Shown here: piece by piece, positions 34,317 to 44,839 of the stretch
Layout of the letters: the number at the start of each line of letters is the position of its first letter
Position numbering within the stretch: the stretch's first letter is position 1
From: Squalus acanthias
Taxonomy: Eukaryota
Direction: 5' to 3'
DNA length: 64,000 nucleotides
NCBI GenBank assembly: GCA_030390025.1
Contig: CM059432.1
Location: 143,222,001 to 143,286,000, forward strand
Notes under the pieces: model-generated
The model's input: only the letters and a program-made list of their open reading frames with translations
Told to the model about the DNA's origin: nothing
The model's database searches: none
Position numbers and translations under genes: made by a program

Positions 34317-37300
34317 CGGGTCAGGGTGGGTCAGAGTGAGAGGTGAGGGGTCGGGATGGGTCAGAGTGACTGGTGAGGGGGTCGGGATGGGTCAGAGTGA
34401 CAGGTGAGGGGTCGGGGTGGGTCAGAGTGACTGGTGAGGGGGTCGGGGTGGGTCAGAGTGACAGGTGAGGGGTCGGGGTGGGTCAGAGTGACTGGTGAGG
34501 GGGTCGGGGTGGGTCAGAGTGACAGGTGAGGGGTCGGGGTGGGTCAGAGTGACAGGTGAGGGGTCAGGGTGGATCAGAGTGACAGGTGAGGGGGTCAGGG
34601 TGGGTCACAGTGACAGGTCAGGGGGTCGGGGTGGGTCAGAGTGACTGGTGAGGGGTCGGGATGGGTCACAGTGACAGGTGAGGGGGTCAGGATGGGTCAC
34701 AGTGACAGGTGAGGGGATCGGGGTGGATCAGAGTGACAGGTGAGGGGTCGAGATGGGTCACAATGACAGGTGAGGGGTCGGGGTGGGTCAGAGTAACAGG
34801 TGAGGGGTCGGGGTGGGTCAGAGTGACAGGTGAGGGGTCAGGATGGGTCACAGTGACAGGTGAGGGGTCAGGATGGGTCACAGTGACCGGTGAGGGGTCG
34901 GGGTGGGTCACAGTGACAGGTGAGGGGTCAGGGTGGGTCAGAGTGACAGGTGAGGGGTCGGGGTGGGTCACAGTGACAGGTGAGGGGTCGGGGTGGGTCA
35001 CAGTGACAGGTGAGGGGTCGGGGTGGGTCAGAGTGACAGGTGAGGGGTCGGGGTGGGTCACAGTGACAGGTGAGGGGTCGGGGTGGGTCACAGTGACAGG
35101 TGAGGGGTCGGGGTGGGTCACAGTGACAGGTGAGGGGTCGGGGTGGGTCAGAGTGACAGGTGAGGGGTCGGGGTGGGTCACAGTGACAGGTGAGGGGTCG
35201 GGGTGGGTCACAGTGACAGGTGAGGGGTCGGGGTGGGTCAGAGTGACAGGTGAGGGGTCCGGGTGGGTCACAGTGACAGGTGAGGGGTCGGGGTGGGTCA
35301 GAGTGACAGGTGAGGGGTCGGGGTGGGTCACAGTGACAGGTGAGGGGTCGGGGTGGGTCAGAGTGACAGGTGAGGGGTCGGGGTGGGTCAGAGTGACAGG
35401 TGAGGGGTCGGGGTGGGTCAGAGTGACAGGTGAGGGGTCGGGGTGGGTCACAGTGACAGGTGAGGGGTCGGGGTGGGTCACAGTGACAGGTGAGGGGTCG
35501 GGGTGGGTCAGAGTGACAGGTGAGGGGTCGGGGTGGGTCACAGTGACAGGTGAGGGGTCGGGGTGGGTCAGAGTGACAGGTGAGGGGGTCGGGGTGGGTC
35601 AGAGTGACAGGTGAGGGGTCGGGGTGGGTCAGAGTGACAGGTGAGGGGTCGGGGTGGATCAGAGTGACAGGTGAGGGGTCGGGGTGGGTCAGAGTGACAG
35701 GTGAGGGGTCGGGGTGGGTCAGAGTGACAGGTGAGGGGTCGGGGTGGGTCACAGTGACAGGTGAGGGGTCGGGGTGGGTCACAGTGACAGGTGAGGGGTC
35801 GGGGTGGGTCAGAGTGACAGGTGAGGTGTCGGGGTGGGTCACAGTGACAGGTGAGGTGTCGGGGTGGGTCACAGTGACAGGTGAGGGGTCGGGGTGGGTC
35901 ACAGTGACAGGTGAGGGGTCGGGGTGGGTCACAGTGACAGGTGAGGGGTCGGGGTGGGTCAGAGTGACAGGTGAGGGGTCGGGGTGGGTCACAGTGACAG
36001 GTGAGGGGTCGGGGTGGGTCAGAGTGACAGGTGAGGGGGTCGGGGTGGGTCAGAGTGACAGGTGAGGGGTCGGGGTGGGTCAGAGTGACAGGTGAGGGGT
36101 CGGGGTGGGTCAGAGTGACAGGTGAGGGGTCGGGGTGGGTCAGAGTGACAGGTGAGGGGTCGGGGTGGGTCAGAGAGACAGGTGAGGGGTCGGGGTGGGT
36201 CAGAGTGACAGGTGAGGGGTCGGGGTGGGTCAGAGTGACAGGTGAGGGGTCGGGGTGGGTCACAGTGACAGGTGAGGGGTCGGGGTGGGTCAGAGTGACA
36301 GGTGAGGGGTCGGGGTGGGTCACAGTGACAGGTGAGGGGTCGGGGTGGGTCAGAGTGACAGGTGAGGGGTCGGGGTGGGTCAGAGTGACAGGTGAGGGGT
36401 CGGGGTGGGTCAGAGTGACAGGTGAGGGGTCGGGGTGGGTCACAGTGACAGGTGAGGGGTCGGGGTGGGTCACAGTGACAGGTGAGGGGTCGGGGTGGGT
36501 CACAGTGACAGGTGAGGGGTCGGGGTGGGTCACAGTGACAGGTGAGGGGTCGGGGTGGGTCAGAGTGACAGGTGAGGGGTCGGGGTGGGTCAGAGTGACA
36601 GGTGAGGGGTCGGGGTGGGTCAGAGTGACAGGTGAGGGGTCGGGGTGGGTCACAGTGACAGGTGAGGGGTCGGGGTGGGTCAGAGTGACAGGTGAGGGGT
36701 CGGGGTGGGTCAGAGTGACAGGTGAGGGGTCGGGGTGGGTCAGAGTGACAGGTGAGGGGTCGGGGTGGGTCAGAGTGACAGGTGAGGGGTCGGGGTGGGT
36801 CAGAGTGACAGGTGAGGGGTCGGGGTGGGTCACAGTGACAGGTGAGGGGTCGGGGTGGGTCAGAGTGACAGGTGAGGGATCGGGGTGTGTCAGAGTGACA
36901 GGTGAGGGGTCGGGGTGGGTCAGAGTGACAGGTGAGGGGTCGGGGTGGGTCAGAGTGACAGGTGAGGGGTCGGGGTGGGTCACAGTGACAGGTGAGGGGT
37001 CGGGGTGGGTCACAGTGACAGGTGAGGTGTCGGGGTGGGTCACAGTGACAGGTGAGGGGTCGGGGTGGGTCAGAGTGACAGGTGAGGGGTCGGGGTGGGT
37101 CACAGTGACAGGTGAGGGGTCGGGGTGGGTCAGAGTGACAGGTGAGGGGTCGGGGTGGGTCACAGTGACAGGTGAGGGGTCGGGGTGGGTCACAGTGACA
37201 GGTGAGGGGTCGGGGTGGGTCACAGTGACAGGTGAGGGGTCGGGGTGGGTCAGAGTGACAGGTGAGGGGTCGGGGTGGGTCAGAGTGACAGGTGAGGGGT

Positions 37301-37481
37301 CGGGGTGGGTCACAGTGACAGGTGAGGGGTCGGGGTGGGTCACAGTGACAGGTGAGGGGTCGGGGTGGGTCACAGTGACAGGTGAGGGGTCGGGGTGGGT
37401 CACAGTGACAGGTGAGGGGTCGGGGTGGGTCACAGTGACAGGTGAGGGGTCGGGGTGGGTCACAGTGACAGGTGAGGGGTC
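34317..37481. repeat. 30-bp G-rich minisatellite, ~105 copies
   Basis: Unit ggtgaggggtcggggtgggtca(g/c)agtgaca, very homogeneous, degenerate only at the left edge. Confidence 0.98.
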
Positions 37482-38246
37482 ATCGCGAAGCAAAAGGTTC
37501 TGGAATGGAAGGGCGAGCAGCCAGAGGTCAGGGTTCATGTGGGAACCAATGACATTGATGGGAATAGGTTCTGCAAAAGGATTTCAAGGAGTTCAATTCT
37601 AGATTAAGGAGCAGGGTAGTAATGTCTGGATCACTTCCAGTGCCACGGGCTGCCCCAGACAGGGAGAGAAAGATTAGGATTGTCGACGCATGCCTGGAAG
37701 GGAAGGTTTCACATTCATGAGACACTGGAACCACTTTTGGGGCCAGGGTAGGCTTTACAGATGGGATGGCCTTCACCTAAACCGAAGAGGCACCTGTGTC
37801 CTTGAGGAAAGGGTAAATAAAGCCAGATTGCATAAACTTGGCTTGTATTCCCTTGAGTTTAGAAGGTTGACGGGTGATCTAGTCGAGAAGTTTAAAAGGG
37901 GTTTGATAGGGTAGAAACGAAGAAACTATTTCCTCTGGTGGGGGGAGTCCAGAACAAGGGAGGCATAACTTTATAATTAGAGCCAGGCCGTTCAGGGGTG
38001 ATGTCAGGAAGCACTTCTTCACACAAAGGGTGGTGGAAATCTGGAACTCTCTCTCCCAAAAGGCTGAGGATGCTGGGGAACAATTGGAGCTTTCGAGACT
38101 GAGAACGATCGATTTTTATTAGGTAAGGGTATCAAGTGATATGGAGCAAAAGCGAGTAAATAGAGTTGAGGTCGAAGATCAGCCATGATCTAATTGAATG
38201 GCGGAGCAGGCTCGAGGGGTTGAATGGCCTCCTGCTGTTCCTATGT
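37482..38246 (+). mobile_element. Internally deleted or chimeric CR1: ORF1 esterase fragment joined to the ORF2 C-terminus and 3' UTR
   Basis: QPEVRVHVGTNDI...HWNHFWG...WDGLHLNRRGT runs at ~37820 directly into RLHKLGLYSLEFRRLTGDL and a CR1 3' UTR. Confidence 0.75.
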
Positions 38247-38584
38247 CAAAGTGTCAAGTGAGGGGGTAGGGATGGACTGCGAACAGTGGAGAGAGGTGCG
38301 TATGGGCTGACGAAACGAGAATAAGAGGGGAGGAGACACACACACACACACAAAGCGATGCAAAGGTGACATAGAAAGGTAAAACAGACAAGGTATGCAG
38401 TGAGTTACCATGAACAACACCAGCAGAGATCCACACTGTTAAGGAATATTGATCACATAGGGTGGCTTGGGAACTTTACCTAATTTGGGGGGGTGGGGGA
38501 GGAATAAAGGCAAACCACAAAACTTTAACGGAGACAAGTTCAGACTTGGGAGTAGGGGTGGGAGAGCGAGAGAGACAGAGGTTC

Positions 38585-39152
38585 AGATACACCTGGAGGA
38601 CTGCGTACAGTTTTGGTCTCCTTATTTAAGGAAGGATATACTTGCATTGGAGGCAGTTCAGAGAAGGTTCACGAGGTTGATTCCGGAGAAGAAGGGGTTG
38701 TCTTATGAAGAAAGGTTGAGCAGGCTGGGCCTATACTCATCGGAGTTTAGAAGAATGAGAGGTGATCTTATTGAAACATATAAGATTCTGAAGGATCTTG
38801 ACAGGGGAGATGCAGAGAGGATGTTTCCCCTCGTGGGGGAATCTAGAACTAGGGGGCATAATTTCAGAATAAGGGGGCACCCTTTTAAATCGGAAATGAG
38901 GAGGAATTTCTTCTCTCAGAGGGTCGTGAATCTTTGGAATCCTCTTCCCCAGAGAGCTGTGGAGTCTGGGTCATTGAATATATTTAAGGTGGAGATAGAC
39001 AGGTTTTTGAACGATAAGGGAGTGAAGGGTTATGGGGAGCGGGCAGGGAAGTGGAGTTGAGGCCAAGATCAGATCAGCCATGATCTTATTGAATGGCGGA
39101 GCAGGCTCGAGGGGCCACAGTGACCTACTCCTGCTCCTACGTCTTATGTTCT
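38585..39152 (+). mobile_element. CR1 3' fragment
   Basis: Peptide HLEDCVQFWSPYLRKDILALEAVQRRFTRL...GKWS* followed by the 3' UTR. Confidence 0.9.
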
Positions 39153-39522
39153 AATGTATACGGGGTGTGGATAGAGGCATAGCCCTGTTCCCTCCTCTGG
39201 TTTATTGTAGCAAACTTGCTGACAGCAGGAACTGAGTGATACTTGCAGTTTCATTCAGAATTCCGCCGGGAGGGAACCTGCTTATATGGGTAATCGGAGT
39301 ACGCCACACATGGTCATGTGTGAATTTTGGGATTGGATGGGCTCGACCATTGACCACCAATTAGCCAGGAGCCAATGGGCACAGCAAGCCTGGAAAATAC
39401 AACAACTGGACTTCACCACAACGGCTGACCGGACAAAAGGTTCTCAATTCCATCATGTACAACAAGAGGAGGAAATGGTTGCTTCTTCCCTCTGATAGTC
39501 ACAGCTCGCCCCTGGAGTTAAA

Positions 39523-41096
39523 GGCCCATATTTTCCGACCCCCTACGGGTGTGTACGGGCTGTGTACGCACCCGTAGGGGCCTCGCAAGTGCCGGTTTCA
39601 GGCATGCGACGCGCAAGCGCTGAAAACCGGCACTTCCGATCTGTCAAGAATGCTCTGGAGAAGGGCCTCTGCGGGGGGAGAGTTCCGCTTTCTGCAGAAC
39701 CTCCGCCCGCTGAAAACCTTTAAAAAACTTACGCCCGGTAAAAGCAGCATAAGAGTTTAAAAAAGTAAAAGAATATTTTTGTTTTCACTCATTTATAATT
39801 TAAAAATACTTTAAAAAAGGTAAGTTTATTTTTAACACCCTAAAAAACTTTAATTACTTTTTTCAAAAAATTAAATTTTTGTTTAAAATATTTCATGCAA
39901 TTTTAACTAATTTTAAAAACGAGATTTAAAAAAAATTTATTTAGGGGGAAAAATTCAGTTGGTTGCGCCTCCCGTTAGCGCCTTAAGAGGGCGCTAATGG
40001 GGCGCAAAGCAACTAGCGCCCGGGCGCGGCGATGTTTGTGCCGCTCGCGAAATTAACTAGACATTTTGCGGCGGTGCTAAACACTACCGCCACGATCTCC
40101 TGCGCCGGCAGATCGTGACGTCAGTCGAGTGCGCAACGCCCCGGTAGTGCCCCAGAGCGGATATTGAGTGGCGCCCCCTGCCTTACCGCCTGCCGCTAGC
40201 AACGACAGGTTGAGGGGAGCGTTTTGCAGTCAGGAAGGGACTGGGAGAGCGCTATTTAAAGGCGACCGCTTCCTGCCTTTTTTTGTTGGCGACATTTTTG
40301 CACCACGCATTCTGAGAGAGAGCGAGAGAGACTTCTGGAGAGATTCAACGCTGTGTGAAGGAGTTTCGGGTACTGAGCCGCACTTTGCAGGTTCATTTTG
40401 ATTTGCCCTTCCTTGTATCGATTTAGAAGAGACGGTGGGGGCTGCACTCTGAGCTCTTTCCCTGGTACTCTCCATTGTTCTTTCCAGCAGATTTGATGTA
40501 CAGGTCTCTCCAGGCCGAGATTCAAGGCTGCAATGAGCAGGATGTGGATGGAAAGCAAGATCAACCCTCCCCTTTAAGAACTGGCCGGGGCCATTGTGTC
40601 TGTGTTCCATTGCTGACTGACATCACATGAGCTTCGCCAGCGCTCTGAGGTAGCGCCTCGCTCCTCAGCCTTTGCGCCTTAAGACAGATGTGTAGCGGCT
40701 GATTTAGCGCTCCAATCACCTCCAGGGGCGATAAAAGTCAAGTTTGCAGTCGGAGGCGATAATTAGCGGCAGGCGCTAATCTTTGCGCCCGGCCGATAAT
40801 TGCGCCCCAAACGGGGCGATACTGAATTTTTCCCCCTTAATGTTTTAGTGTGTTTTTGAGTGATCCCCTGAGCTAAGCTGAGAGACCTGTCATAAATGTG
40901 TAGGGGGATTCCCTTCTTCCATTGGTTCCCCATAGCCCACGTGATCCCAGGGATGCTTGCGAACCGCGTGCGCAGACCCGGAGAGGCCCAGGAGCGGAAA
41001 TGTCCGGACCTACGAAGCCCTCAGGTAAGGGCGTAGATTTTTTTCCAGATCGGAGGCCTCCGCACGCAGGAAGCCTCCGATCGGAAAATCCGGGTC
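39523..41096. mobile_element. Non-autonomous DNA element (Harbinger-like ends, AT-rich core) hosting MITE copy 3
   Basis: Inverted termini ggcccatattttccga / tcggaaaatccgggtc; internal hairpin gccggttt...aaaccggc. Confidence 0.7.
39944..40836 (+). mobile_element. ~900-bp non-autonomous PIF/Harbinger-type element, copy 3
   Basis: Perfect TIR gggggaaaaattcagt; TSD tta on both sides. Confidence 0.92.
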
Positions 41097-42021
41097 AAGG
41101 TGTTACCAGGTGCTTCCTACACAGAGCAGGGCGCTGACAACCACCGTGTAGAATTCCGATTGAGACTGCAAATAATGCTTTGCTCTTGGGACGGTGCAGA
41201 AAGTGAGAGGGAATGAGAAATTGGTACGCCTGGGTGAATTAATGAATATTTCCAAAGCTTTCTGTTTGACTGCCAGCAACACGATTAGAAAGGGGCTTAT
41301 TTAAATTCATGTACACTCATTCTTTCAAACTAATGATGTTAACAATTGCACTGCCTGTTGTCATTTATCAGGAAGAGATTGTGAAGAAGATGCAGAGCCT
41401 ACACTTAATGCAGATGTTTGTCGTACTGTCTGCTGGGAGTGCCCACTGCAAATGGTTCCGTTGCCTTATATTATCGTTCCCCCCCCCCCACCCCCCCCCA
41501 GCCCCACCCCCATTTTTCCTTTCAGGGGGATCCGGTCCACTCCTGCCACCTACTGTAGCAGACGCACATGGATTGACGGTGAGCTCGGCTGGAGATCAGT
41601 TGCAAGCTACACATGCCGAGCATCACGTTGCCAGTTTACCAGCTGCAGGGAGCGTGGCGCCGCTCTATCACTTGGCCATGACAGCTGCTGGATTGTTGGG
41701 GGTAAAAAATCCAAATAGTTCTCGAATATTCTCCAGGAACACCAGCTGCCTACCCCAACCTCGGCATGTGGACGTCACTGGCAAGGCTGGCATTCACTGC
41801 CTAGTTGCCCTGAGTGACTCGCTAGGCCACCGCAGAGGGCAGTTAAGAGCCTCACACTGTGTGATTGATGATTAATATTACCTGTATCCCAATAATAAAC
41901 AAAAAAATATTATGAAGCAGTTAGCGCCTTCATCAAAAATTGGTCTTCTTAGTTTGATGTCTAAGTAAAGCCAAGTAGCAGTTGGAGACCAATTATTGCC
42001 TTCTACAGAGACTGATACCAG

Positions 42022-43058
42022 TAAGGTAGTGTAGTGATTGTGTGACTGGACTAATAATTCAGAGAACACGAGTTCAAATCCCACCAGAATTTGAAAAATC
42101 TGGAAATGAAACATCTCAGTAAAAGAGACCATAAAGCTGTCGGATTGTCATAAAAACCCAACTGGTTCAATAATGCCTTTTAGGGAAGGAATCATAGAAT
42201 CGTAGAATGGTTACAGCACAGAAGGAGGTCACTCGGCCCGTCGAGCCCGTACCGGCTCTCTACAAGATCACTTCAGCTAGTCCCACTCCCCTGCCCTTTC
42301 CCCGTAGCCCTGCAAATTTTCTTTCTTCAGGTACTTATCTAATTCCCTTTTAAAAGCCACGATTGATCTGCCTCCACCACCCTCTCAGGCAGTGCATTCC
42401 AGATCATAACCACCCACTGAGTAAAAAAGTTTTTCCTCATGTCGCCTTTGGTTCTTCTGCCAATCACCTTAAATCTGTGTCCTCTGGTTCTCGACCCTTC
42501 TGCCAATGGGAACAGTTTCTCTCTATCTACTCTGTCTAGACCCCTCATGATTTTGAACACCTCTATCAAATCTCCTCTCAACCTTCATTGCTCCAAGGAG
42601 AACAACCCCAGCTTCTCCAGTCTATCCACGTAACTGAAGTCCCTCATCCTGGAATCATTCTCGTAAATCTTTTCTGCACCCTCTCTTAAAGCCTTCACAT
42701 CCATCCTAAAGTGTGGTGGCCCAGAATTGGACACAATACTCCAGTTGAGGCCAAACCAGTGTTTCATAAAGGTTCATCATAACTTCCTTGCTTTTGTACT
42801 CTATGCCTCTATTTATGAAGCCCAGGATTCCGTATGCTTTTTTAACCGCTTTCTCAACCTGCCCTGCCACCTTCAACGATTTGTGCACATATACCCCCAG
42901 CTCTCTCTGTTCATGCACCCCCTTTAGAAACCTGCCATCCTTCCCTGGTCTGGGCCTATAGGTGACTCCAGTCCATGACTCTTAATTGCCCTCTGACCTG
43001 GCCTAGCAGTCATCAGGACAACTGGGCAATGAATTCCAGCCTTGCCAGTGACGCCGAG
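42022..43058 (+). mobile_element. tRNA-SINE (second family) split by an antisense CR1 3' fragment (~42192-42927)
   Basis: The SINE core breaks at tagggaagga and resumes aacctgccatcctt at ~42929. The insert encodes CR1 RT C-terminal remnants on the minus strand. Confidence 0.8.
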
Positions 43059-44299
43059 AATATATAGGTAGATATATTTCGATCAGTCAATTGGTAGGGG
43101 CAAACATTCTGTTGAGAAATTAACAGGAAACCAGGGAATAATAAAATAATGTAATACATGATTGGTTTTCCCATCAACAATAACAATAGAGTTAGATTAA
43201 TTCAACAGGACAGTGAAAATATTGATTTTCAGTCTCCGTTAACAACTGAAGTGAACTGCTTTAGGATGACAAGTGTAGACAATAGAATTAGGAGTGGGTG
43301 CTTAGCTGTAATTTTTAAGGGAATATTTGTTATATTCTTTCCTTAAGCTGATAGCAGATGTAGCCGAGCACTCTGAACACCCACATAGAGTGTGATGACA
43401 TTTTACACAAAAAAAAAATCGCAGAGAATTGGTTTGTATCTCACACACGCGTCAACATCTGGTGTTGAACATTCCCTTCTGTGGCTTCTAATATTAAAAG
43501 ATGTCTGTCAACTCTCACTTCAAGGTGCGGGTACATTGGAAAGCAGATCAGTGAAGTGCAAGTTAAGCTGACGGCAGAAAATACGTAATGGCGACGGCAT
43601 ATTATCGAACGCTGCCCTTGTTTTAGCTGCTGTGCTGAGATAAAACTGAGCAGTCTCAGAGAAAGTGCCCTGATCAGAAATCGCAACGCAGGTCTCATCG
43701 TGTTGGCAGTTTATCCTGTGTATTTTGCATTAATACAATGTGCTGCTTAACATTAACCTCCCACAGACTGTTCCTTTTTCCCATTTCATTCAAAATGGGT
43801 AATACTCACGCCAAGCTCTTAACAGTGGCTGGGTTACAAAACGCGACAGAAGGCAACTGTTGCCACACTGATGGATTTAAAACAAAGGAAATTAATAAAA
43901 GAGACAAACATTGGCCTCCACATTAGGTTTTGTCAACACTTGAAGGCTGTGCTGTATCCTCAGCAAAGTTAAAGAGACAAACACATGGGCCTGCACCTCC
44001 AGGGGACCCACTCAGCTGGTGCAAGTGTGGTGATGGTGGTATTAGCACCTGGCCTAGTCCCCAACCGGAGACGCCAACCTTAATCCCAAGGACAGGGTCA
44101 TCAATATGGCTGGGGTGAAGAAAGAAAGACTTGCATTTATATAGCGCCTTTCACAACCTCAGGGCATCCCAAAGCGCTTCACAGCCAATGAAGTACTTTT
44201 GAAGTGTGGTCACCATTGTAAGGTAGGAAACGCCGCAGCCAATTTGCACACAGCAAGATCCCACAAACAGCAAGGTGATAATGACCAGATAATCTGTTT

Positions 44300-44550
44300 C
44301 AATACAAAAGCAAAATACTGCGGATGCTGGAAATCTGAAATAAAAACAGAAAATGCTGGAAATACTCAACAGGTCAGGCAGCATCTGTGGAGAGAGAGAG
44401 AAACAGAGTTAACGTTTCAGGTCGATGACCCTTCATCAGAACTGGAAAAAGCTGGAGATGGAACAGGTTTTTAAGCAAGTGTAGGGGCAGGGAGAGGGGG
44501 GAGGGGAGGAAAGAACAAAAGGGAAGGTCTGTGATAGGATGGAAGGCAGC
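44300..44550 (-). mobile_element. Penelope-like element 3' end / pLTR fragment
   Basis: Same UTR family as ~520-700; 8-bp TSD atctgttt at 44292-44299 and 44551-44558. Confidence 0.8.
44407..44443 (-). ncRNA. Minimal type I hammerhead ribozyme motif (second family)
   Basis: Minus strand agtt-CTGATGA-a-gggtc-atc-gacct-GAAA-cgtt-aact: stem I agtt/aact, palindromic stem III (ACGT). Confidence 0.75.
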
Positions 44551-44839
44551 ATCTGTTTTAATATTGGTTGAGGGATAAATATTGGCCAGGACACCAGGGA
44601 GAATACCCCTGCTCTTCTTTGAAATAGTGCCATGGGATCTTTTACGTTCACCTGAGAGGGCAGACAGGGCTTCAGTTTAACATCACATCTGAAAGACAGC
44701 ACCTCCGACAGTGCAACACTCCCTCAGTACGGCAATGGGAATGCCAGCCGAGATTATATGCTCAAGTGTCTAGAGTTACAACACAGAGTTTACAATGCAG
44801 ACATAGGCCATTTGGCCTAACTAGTCTTTGTTTTTAGTC

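Larger units (their letters stand above)
44120..44775 (-). mobile_element. Deu-domain SINE split by a Penelope-type fragment
   Basis: SINE sequence breaks at 44299 and resumes at 44551, with atctgttt duplicated. Confidence 0.85.

Noticed and set aside
34687..37602. Long (VTGEGSGWV)n and (THPDPSPVT)n ORFs
   Set aside because: They result from a 30-bp unit lacking stops; single-base indels shift the frame freely.
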